Source: Gonapodya sp. JEL0774 (taxonomy: Eukaryota). From it: a stretch of DNA of 20,000 bases. The position numbers were made by a program, and so were the translations under genes. Below the pieces are notes generated by a model. The model searched no databases. It saw only the letters and a list, made by a program, of their open reading frames with translations, and was not told where the DNA came from. How positions within the stretch are numbered: the stretch's first letter is position 1; each line of letters begins with the position of its first letter. Shown here in pieces: positions 11,143-20,000 of this stretch. The stretch is from contig JADIIX010000058.1 of the NCBI GenBank assembly GCA_027604505.1, forward strand, positions 117,681 through 137,680, in the 5' to 3' direction.

Positions 11143-12069
11143 ATGTTTGCTCGGCACATCACACCCATCAGACCACCGAATATCATTACGAAAACCACAC
11201 GATGCTGTCTCCATCGTCAGTATGGGATGGCCTTGGCAGTGCGCGCAGGGTCTGGTCATATTGGCAGTCATGTCAGCCTAGCTAATAGAGTTATGGTGCT
11301 TGTCGGAACGGTCTTTAGCGCACTATCAACGTCCTTTATCGCACAAGCCATTGATGAAACACGAACACATGGGCTTGGGAGCTATGATGTGGACGATTCA
11401 ATTAGCAATGGAACTCGAGCAGAGTTCAGGGTGTCGGACAGTTCTTCATACGGAAGCGCTCGAGCACTACTCGTTTCGACGCTCGCCGGGCTCATCCCAA
11501 CTTGTTCACCGATCCTCTGTGCTCCCGCACCATCAAAGAAGCACAGTCACTCGCCATTCACCCCTACAACGGCAACAGGATTGCCATTATCTGCACTCGC
11601 TCTTCTTCGGCAGGCGCAAGACGTTTTTGACAAGGGCTTTTTGCGAGTAATGAGTGGTCTGCCGGCGGAGAAATGGGCCGCCGGTCAGTGGGAGGGACCA
11701 GCGATACCACAAACGCTTTTCAATAGTACCCTACTCGAAATACCCCCCACGTTCACCTCTCAATTGGATTACTTCTACCAAGAAAGTTGTTTTTTATCAG
11801 TTCGGGTACCCTTACCACCTTCAATGGAGGCCAACTGTGTGTATCCAATTCGGTGTTCCATAGACGTGCCCATCTTCCCAGTATTGACCGCGGCGGAGGA
11901 AAAAAGGATTGGAGAGTCTGGTCAGAGAAAGGAGGTGGTTGGGAGGTGCAGGGTTGAGGGTGTTTGCGAAGTGGGATGTGCGCGAGTCAAAGCAGAACGA
12001 TTGGAAATCCGCGTTTTCGGAAGAGATGATCATATTGATGAGGAGTTTGTATGGACCTGGAAAATATAG
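11143..12069 (+). CDS. Hypothetical protein (308-aa ORF; true start and any upstream exon uncertain)
   Basis: Long uninterrupted ORF between other genes, with one hydrophobic segment (VMVLVGTVFSALSTSFIA) and a Cys-containing beta-rich-looking C-terminus. No family recognised. Confidence 0.5.
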   Translation: MFARHITPIRPPNIITKTTRCCLHRQYGMALAVRAGSGHIGSHVSLANRVMVLVGTVFSALSTSFIAQAIDETRTHGLGSYDVDDSISNGTRAEFRVSDSSSYGSARALLVSTLAGLIPTCSPILCAPAPSKKHSHSPFTPTTATGLPLSALALLRQAQDVFDKGFLRVMSGLPAEKWAAGQWEGPAIPQTLFNSTLLEIPPTFTSQLDYFYQESCFLSVRVPLPPSMEANCVYPIRCSIDVPIFPVLTAAEEKRIGESGQRKEVVGRCRVEGVCEVGCARVKAERLEIRVFGRDDHIDEEFVWTWKI

Positions 12070-12310
12070 AAGTTGTAGTAGCACGGGAGGATTTGGAAAC
12101 TATGTATGCGTAGCGTCCCTTTTTGAGGCCTTGCTGGAGCCATGCCCGCCACTCAGCCTGCATGTAACCTTTTAGTGTCACCCGAACCAATTCCACGCTT
12201 TTGACCGATCTGTCAGAACAAAGTTCACAAAAGCTATTTCTTACGACGGGAAGGATTTGGAAACTGCCATCGGTCTCATTTTTCCTCCACACTCCGAAAC
12301 CTGCTGAGCA

Positions 12311-14587
12311 ATGGGAGGTAGTCAGTCCAAACCAGTCACTTCGAAGCACACTACATCCGACTTCGACCACAGAGTTTATGTTGGAGCTTCGTGCATGCAG
12401 GGGTGGCGACCATACAGTGGGTGGTTCCTCGTCATGTCCTCCACCCATAACCCTTTCGTCGCTGTGAGCAACGCTTATACTGATGATGTTCCCACAACTG
12501 CCATCATGTAGTGGAAGATTTCCATACTTCCATTTTGAAAATGCCTAATATCGCCTTCCCCCACCACTGCCCACACCCTTTTGTATGCACCTATTCCAAT
12601 TTTCCGGTGGAGGCTGCACCGCTCATCAACGAGTACCTGGAAGCTAGTAATGTCGACGTGGCAGACAGTGACTCGTCGCCAGTATCGCCTACGTTTGGGG
12701 GACCGCGGAAAAACGGGCTCAACGGCTTCGGGAAACCGAACCATTCCAATGCGCTACCGCCTTCCGGCGAAGATGATCCGGACAATCAGCCAGACTTCAG
12801 TGACAGTAACGCTGAACTCGAAGCGAAACCTATTCCAATGGCTCGCACACCCACAGGGCACATCACTATAAACTCGACTTTGGACCTCGACCTTGGTTCT
12901 GGTTCCGATAGCACCAATGGACCGATGCCCCCCCATGCACCAATCACTCGTGTCGTATCAACGTATACTGCTACCCCTCGTGCGATTGCCTCTGCTGTGG
13001 AGGCAAACGGAACACATTCCCCTTCCTCTGCTACTTCACCTACCAATGGCGGCACTACCAAACCCAACATCACGCGATCCGACACTCAAATTACAATTCC
13101 CACGCATCCTTCTGATGTACCGCAACTGAAAAATGTCCACCCTCCCCCCTATATATTCCGCTCTTTACTATTTCCCAGTGAAGAGCATCACTCCTTCTTT
13201 GCCGTTTGTGACGGTCACCGCGGCAACCGTGTTGCACACTACCTTAGCCGCCGCATACATTGGCGAATATCATCTTCGGACGAGTTTGAGCGGGGAGAAT
13301 ACGCTGACGCAATGAGGAAAGGATTTGTTGGTTTGGATGAGGAACTGAAAGCAGGTGCGTCTCGTGTTCGACCCTAAACTGAAGTTGCACGGATTGAAAG
13401 TGGTTGTTTCAGCCTACGACACGGTTCTCACGGGTCGTGAGCCGGCTGGGTCTACATGTGTCACAGCTCTCGTAACAACCGATCAACAGCTGTACGTGGC
13501 CAATGCAGGTGACTCTCGCGCCGTGCTATGCTGCGCGGGAGAAGTAGTGCCAATGAGTTATGACCATAAACCGGATGGAGAGAGTGAGTCCAGCAACTTA
13601 GCCTGACATGTGACGAGCGGTTCAGTTTATCGGTGTGTCCAACTCCCAACGTGTCTGTCCCAGGTGAGAGACAGCGAATAGAGGATGCTGGTGGTTTCGT
13701 TCAAGACGGCAGAGTTCTAGGCAAGTGAAAGAATTGGTGCAAGCTCATCGTAGCATACTGATTGGTCAACAACCACACTTTCAGGCCGCCTCGCCACCGC
13801 CCGCGCTCTTGGTGATTTTGACTTCAAAAAGGACACGGATCGTCGCCTTGAAGACCAAATGGTCACCGGAAAGCCCGATGTGTTCCATAAAACGCTGACA
13901 GACGACGATGAATTTTTGGTCATGTGCAGTGACGGTGCGTCTGAGCACTTCCTCTCCTCCAGTGTAGAGAGCACTCTAATTTCTTCCTCCTTGCTCGTCG
14001 CGATGATCTCGCTAGGCGTCTTCGACGTTCTCACTTCTGCCTCGCTGGTTTCATTTATTCGTTCACGTTTGGCGGCCGGCATTACCCCACCCAACATCGC
14101 TGGAGAAGTCCTTGACTACTGCCTCGCCACAAACCCTTCTATCGGTGATATCCAGGCAGGCGCTGCGGCGGGTACAGACAACATGACATGCCTCATCGTC
14201 GTATTCCTCCGCGGTCGATCGTGGGACGAGTATGTGGAGGTGGTACGGCGTCGATACGGTGGTGTGGCAAGCCCGGACCCAGAGGACGAGGTCGTTGAGG
14301 TGGATTTGGCTAACCTTGACGAGAACGGGGAACCGAAACGGCGTCCAAGGGAAGGAAGCACTGGAAGCTCTGTGAAACCTCCTCCTATTGTCAATCCGAA
14401 AAGACGCTATAATTCACCAGAGGGTGCGGTAGAAGGATGGGTCTGTTGCGGGATGGGGCCTGGTACGGAATCAAAAGGAGGTCCTGAGGCTGGCTCAACC
14501 AGAGTGACTGCGACCAAGGTGGAACCTATCGCAAGGGATGTGGAAGAAGTTGAGATGGTGCTGAGGCGCGACGCACCGGCTACGTGA
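12311..14587 (+). CDS. PP2C/PPM protein phosphatase, Ptc2/Ptc3-like, with a long low-complexity insertion
   Basis: Exons 12311-12416, 12512-13354, 13413-13583, 13664-13720, 13785-13934, 14016-14587. Motifs: MGGSQS, SCMQGWRPYMEDFH, FFAVCDGH, GSTCV, YVANAGDSRAVL, DHKP, RVLGRLATARALGDFDFK, FLVMCSDGVFDV, GTDNMT. Confidence 0.93.
13721..13784 (+). other. Non-canonical GC-AG intron in the PP2C gene
   Basis: The donor AG|GCAAGT with acceptor TTTCAG restores RVLGRLATARALGD, which aligns without gaps to the PP2C consensus RVNGxLAxSRAxGD. The nearby GT at 13725 gives the wrong phase. Confidence 0.85.
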
Positions 14588-14706
14588 AAAGGTGGAACAA
14601 GTCGGATGTATTGCTGGGGGCACGCATTCTTCTTGTCGATTTTGCAAATACCGTTGCTAACTTCAGAGATACGTAACGAAATAATGAGTACTTTTGATTA
14701 TGAGTT

Positions 14707-15929
14707 CTATTTGACTGCAATGTGCAGTGCGGGTCTTATATCTCGCATTTTAATTTTGCACAAGCTGGACACGCGACAGGCCACAACTCGAAGAACTTCC
14801 AACACATTGAACCAGCGTTCCGCGCCGAAAAACTCCAAGATGAAACTGTCCGCTAACCATTCCGCATGTGTGTGGCTAATGTCCAACTCGCGGAGGCCCA
14901 CAAGCTGACGAGACATCAACGACCATCCTGCCTTGCAATCCTCCCGGTCAGATTCAAGACCGGCCATTCGAAGTTGTTGGATTTGTGGGGTACATGATAC
15001 AAGGACTTTAGCGAGATGGAAGCATCTCACATTTGGACAATAAGAAACGTCTACTGTTGAGATGGAGGTCCCAATAGTAGTGGGGATATGTACTGATAAA
15101 GAGTCATTCTCCTGCTCCATTTCAACCACTTCTTCCCAGCTTGTGAATCCGTCTTGGGCTAGGTGATTGATCTTAGGCGAAGGACGAGGGAAAAGGAGAC
15201 CGAATTGATCCAATGTCACAAGAGTCCCACTCAAGTCGAGTGTCCGAGATGGTCTCACACCAGCAAAAAGAGCCAAATTGGAAGGAATTTTCTCCGGAAC
15301 AAGCCTCGGTGCCAGGAGTAAAATCTCATCCCGGAGGGAGTCCGGCAAGGAAAAGAAACGGCGAGTGCCCTCGAAAGTGGCGCCATAAGTGTCCAAAGAT
15401 GCTGCCACTACAGCAAGGCACATACGCCGTAACGGCGGGATAGTAGCAGTGCCATCCATGGTGAGGGTCTTTTGAATTCTCTCTTGCAGGACTGGCGATT
15501 GGAACATCAGGCGAATGTAAGATGACCAATCAAAGCGATCGTGTGGGAGTGTGTCAATGTACCTCTCCGCGCAAGAACTTTGTGTTGAGCTGCTTTCCAA
15601 CTCAGTGGAACCGGACCTGCAGCGTTGTCTTCGATCTTCAACTCACCGATCGCATCGGTAGCTTCGACAACGCTACGTCCGTTTACTAATCGGCTACCTC
15701 TTGTTTCCAAGTTCGATCTTTTTCGAGCTGCCAGGGCGCGGCTGCGTTCGATTTTCTCGGTCACCGAGAGTTGCGATGCCGATCCGACCTGATGGATAGG
15801 AACGACGGTCTGCGATTTCGGAATATTTCGAAGATAGCCATTTAAGCCTTGCTGTTTCTTTCCCATTTCTCCATGGAGGTGGGCGAGTGGCCATTTGGTT
15901 CTGTTCACGAAACCGCCCTTGCCACCCAT
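14707..15929 (-). CDS. Two-exon protein with a BC-box-like motif and degenerate leucine-rich repeats (RNI-like)
   Basis: Exons 15929-15563 (alternative ATG 15866) and 15491-14707 are joined by a 71-nt phase-1 GT-AG intron. Motifs: IPPLRRMCLAVVA, LPDSLRDEIL, TLDLSGT, TVDVSYCPNV, IQQLRMAG, LRELDISHT, LEVLRVVAC. Confidence 0.72.
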
Positions 15930-16050
15930 CACACCACCCCAAAAGTAGTTTGCTGAATTTCATCAGAAAATAATATGGATTCACAAAAGTGAGGGTATGA
16001 TTACATAAACTCCTCCTGAACATCTCTCGGTAACTTGCTCCACCCAAACG

Positions 16051-17557
16051 TCATCCGAGCTCACCCGTAAGCCGCCACTCTCCAATATTCGCACAAGCGG
16101 ACTTATGACATGCTTGCCAGCTGGACTTTTGGCCTACGTAAAAGAAGCAAATGATCGCTCGACAGCTCTCCTAGCGGGTTCGTCGGAATCCCACACTCAC
16201 AAGATTTCCCGCAGTACCTCATCACCTTACACAGGGAACACGTCTGCAGCTCCACATTTCCATCATCATCCCCAGAGTCCTTCCCACACCACCAACAAAA
16301 TGTGCCTCTGTCCCCTCCAAACTCCTTGAGCAGCCACTTGGCTTCACTCGCACGAAATGGCAAGATAGAATTGCCTTCGATGCCCTTGTAAGCGCCCCGG
16401 CCAGGGAAGTTTGAGTCGTCCCATGTCTCTTCAAATGCACGATATACACGTGAGCAACTCTCGCAACGGCAACGGAATCCGCAATCTTGGGACATAGACT
16501 CTAAGAGATCAATCTTGGAATCACTGGAGACGTGTGAGATATGCCGAGCAGAATAAATGAAAACGACAAAGTGAAGCAATTTTGAGCTACTTTTAATATC
16601 GCAGGAAAGCAAGCAAGAAAATTGTCTCACCGAACCGCGACATAAGGAATCGTTATCTCCTCGCCGTTGACAATGTCTCGTGCGGACCAGACTTCCAAAA
16701 ATTCTGAACCAGAATCTTCATTCTCAACTTTTTCCGTCTGTCCATTTCCGTCTCCGGCTGTACCGGCCTGCTTCAGCTTCCACACAGAGTTCGGTAAACA
16801 TGCGTGGTTCACATTGGCCATCGCTCCTCCAAGTACGATCATACGTTTCCGTTTGGCTTTGCCAAATGATTTAAGAAGCGCATTTCGGGCGACTTTTTCC
16901 ATCCAGAACGCCAAATGACCACGCTCGTCGACAGGCAGATCCGCCAACCGAACGCCCTCCCATTCCTTCACATCTTCGATAATTGCCAGAAAGCGTTTTA
17001 AAGCCGCAAGTCTGTCCTCATTTTTATTCACGCCTGTCTCGGGATCGTTGGGGTAACTGCGCGGCATTAGGTCGGCGAACGCTGCGGGCATGATCGAAGT
17101 TCCCGGATTGGAAGGGTCTTTTGTCCGCTCATGCAAGTGAAGAGCCAGTGAGAGAATCGCAAGTTCGTTTCGGGACGCAGCTGAAGGTCGTCCCTGAACG
17201 TCCTCCTCAGAGCCAAGCTTGGGTTTCTGAAATATATGCACGATTTGAGTAAGAGAGCCATTTCCAGATGCTTCGTACGCCCGCCAGCCGTGCAAAACGT
17301 ACCTTCTTCCCTGCCTTGGCATCTGCTGCATCTTTCTTCCTCTGCTCCTCCTCGAACTCGTTCTTCACCCGCGCGGCCTCGGATGGTGCACAGAGTTCCA
17401 CCCCGTCAAGCACCGGTGAGCGAACCAGGAGAGTTCCCTCAGGAATGATTGCAGATTCGTCGGAAGCATCCCGAAAAATGTAACCACGACCGATGACTGG
17501 AGAAATGTCCAGGAGAACCAACGATGGGTGAACAAACTCCTTGGTCGTGTCCGACAT
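16051..17557 (-). CDS. SET-domain lysine methyltransferase-like protein with post-SET Cys cluster and C-terminal MYND zinc finger
   Basis: Exons 17557-17303, 17226-16631, 16523-16201, 16133-16051 (last few codons uncertain). Motifs: GRGY...IPEGTLL, NHACLPN, ARDIVNGEEITIPY, GFRCRCESC, and CWWC...CSLCKVMRYCGKSCQKSSWQACHKSAC. Confidence 0.88.
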
Positions 17558-18045
17558 GGTGTGTCAATTATGCTGAAAACGTTGTGAATAAGATCCCGAA
17601 TGAAAAAAAGCCGAAGGTGGTCGAAGAATCAGCGGAAATGATTGACGATTCGATAAACTGGGCGGGGATTCGCAGGATGATTTGTGTGAGATCGGGAGTT
17701 CGGACATAGGACTTCCGATTCTCAACCCAACACACCCGGCGGGAACACAGAGCAACAGTTCAAATTAATTATATAATTTATCCTTGCATCGCTTCTCCAA
17801 GAAAGCAAAAACAAATGCTGCGACCTCATACATGTTCAAATCACAACAAACACGGAAACAACCACAACAGGCTCAAAACAAAACACATTATTACTGGCTA
17901 TTCCACCGCCTATTGGAACGGAGACGTGAGCTCGAAAACAGCTCTAGGAGACCGTGTTTCCAAGTAGCTTGCGCCCGCTCTTCTGTTGGTGTGGCAAAAG
18001 AGCGAGAGGTTGAGGTTTGTGTTGAATTTGTTGAGTGAACGGTGG

Positions 18046-19694
18046 TTACAAGGGCGACGCAAATACTTGCCTCCTCCGCCGATAAATGGCGATAGCGCCA
18101 ACGATTATGAACGCTCCAAGAAGCACACCGAATATAGCTGCCGAAGGGGTCCGACGCATGTCAATCAAACGAATGGGTAACGCATCCGCCGTTTCTGCCC
18201 ACACCCTCCACCACAGACCCCCAAAAACCCACCTCCAACAATACTCCCCGCACTCGCGCCACCACCACCGCCACCACCCTCCGCCCCCGACCCCGCCGTC
18301 TGCGTCCGCGTCGCTGCCAGCAGGGCCGTGTTGGCGCCCACAGTGGTGGTCGGTATGTTCGCCCTGCGGGTGTCGGGAGTGCAAGTGCCGTTGATGCAGA
18401 GGACGTTCCCGCCCATGCAGACGGACGAGTCGGAGCAGAGGGCACCGATGGGAAGGCTGTCGAAGGTGGTGCATTGGCCTGAGGGCGGGGTGGGGTGGCG
18501 TGGGGTGGCGTGTGACGATACGAGTTCGTTGGGCAAAAGGAGAGCAACCGGTTCGTTCGCCATCTCACCACCCACCTCTATCACACGTCGACAACGCCGC
18601 GCACGGGTCGTTGACAAAGAGCGGCTGGTAGGTGACGTTGCAAGCCGCGCCGGAGCCCAGGCCGGTGGAGGTGTTCACGAGGAAGGGGACGTAGGTGCAC
18701 GTGTCTGGGGAAAGGGGGAGAAGCGAGGACCGGAAAACCAAATGGTGTGGCGGTGGGGGAAGGGGGGAGGGTGGTCCCGGAAGTGGATGGTTCGTGCCGT
18801 AAATCTCAACACACTCCTTCTCCCCACAAGGACGTGCAACTCAACTTACTATTGACACACCGCCCCGTAATCCCCGGACATACGTAATCCGTCTGACACG
18901 GAGACCCGAGAGGGAGCGAGTCGGTGATGACGCATCGGCCTGTTTCGGATTGAGGGAGGGCCGAACGGCAGTTGGGGCCGGGTTTTGAGGGCGAGAGGTT
19001 GTAAAGATGGATAGGAGAGACGGGGTGTGTGAGTGGAGGACATGGGGGTTGCACGAGGTGTTTGGCGATCCCGATGGTGCTTGTCGCACACACGAAAATT
19101 CGATTCCGGTCCCGCAGACCGCACAGACCACACCGGTCACCGCTCCCGCTCGCCCCCAAGAACCGGACAGAGCGCCTGTGCCTCTTCGAGCAGGGAGCAA
19201 GGAGCAAATCCTTTGGAATGGACTTCGGTGTCGGAGTCCTGTTCCAACTCAGGCCCAAGCAATCCACAATCCCATCTCTCCTCTTCTCTCCCTGCTCCAC
19301 AACTTCCCACCCCCCTTCTTCCCCCATCCTCCCCCCCGAACCCCCCCAAACTCACCCAGATCGCAAACCATGTTCGCCCCACACCCGGCGCCTTCCGTGG
19401 CCCCTGACCCCTCCCCACACGCCGCGCCCTCGCCAAGTCCTCCTGTCCCCGTGACCACGAATGCTTGCGGGTTGCTGTATGCGCATTGGTTGCCTAGCGG
19501 GTAGTTTGGGGGCGGGGGAGGGAAGTGGGTTACGACGTGGCCAAAGGTCACCGTCAAATAAAAAGGAGAAACGGAACAACAAAAGAAGGAGTACACACTG
19601 GCGTTACAAAACGTGTACAGGCCTATTCCGATGCACTGACGGAATGAGGAGCATGTGGCGCCGATGGGGAGGGTGTCGAAGATTTGGCAGGTGC
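18046..19694 (-). CDS. Partial single-pass membrane protein with tandem 4-Cys modules, Thr/Gly stalk, TM helix and short basic tail; 5' end probably beyond the window
   Basis: Exons 19694-19599, 19493-19356, 18939-18850, 18704-18576, 18478-18233, 18137-18046, with all these introns in phase 1. Repeats are D(T/S)LP(I/L)GxxC x3 and GLG(E/S)GAAC x2. TM segment: IVGAIFGVLLGAFIIVGAIAIY followed by RRRR. A further exon ending near 17944 or at 17910 is possible. Confidence 0.8.
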
Positions 19695-19852
19695 CTGGGG
19701 TGTAGAGTGTGGGAGGGGGGAGTGGGAGTGAAAGGATGAGTGGAGGCGCGGGGGAGAGTTGAAGGTAGCCGGGACGGTGGACATGGATATGGTGTGAGTG
19801 GGATGCAGTCGTCACCTCGCTACCGAACGTCTCTAACCTCCCACTCCCGGCA

Positions 19853-20000
19853 TATCTCCTTTCGCCATCTCCAATCTCCCATCTCACCCAACTCCCACTC
19901 GTCCCCAATCTCCCAACTTTCCAATACCCCGATATCTCCATCTCCCATCTCCCATCTCCATCTCCCATCTCCCATCTCCATCTCCCATCTCCTATCTCCT
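19853..20000. repeat. Simple repeat of CATCTCC/CATCTC units, probably intronic
   Basis: Near-perfect CATCTCCCATCTCCCATCTC iterations from about 19935 to the end, degenerate to the left. Confidence 0.9.

Noticed and set aside
15492..15600. Overlapping ORFs suggesting a frameshift or pseudogene
   Set aside because: Resolved by a 71-nt GT-AG intron (15562-15492) with matching phase.

Overview
Gene-dense, intron-rich eukaryotic DNA with short GT-AG introns and a fungal-type gene set. An early-diverging fungus is plausible but is inference only. Splicing by hand gives nine protein-coding loci: (1) a partial minus-strand gene for a signal-peptide protein resembling bacterial sugar ABC-transporter solute-binding proteins; (2) VPS45; (3) an amidase-signature enzyme; (4) a 10-exon gene, missed by the ORF track, for a 221-aa secreted protein of four Trp/Cys-rich modules encoded by exon plus micro-exon pairs; (5) an orphan ORF; (6) a Ptc2/3-like PP2C with a ~200-aa insertion and a GC-AG intron; (7) a BC-box-like/LRR-like protein; (8) a SET protein with a C-terminal MYND finger; (9) a partial type I membrane protein with tandem 4-Cys modules. 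The best leads are gene 4 (identical exons between diverged introns), gene 1, gene 9, and a C-rich/G-rich oscillation that tracks splice sites. All exon structures are manual predictions without transcript data.
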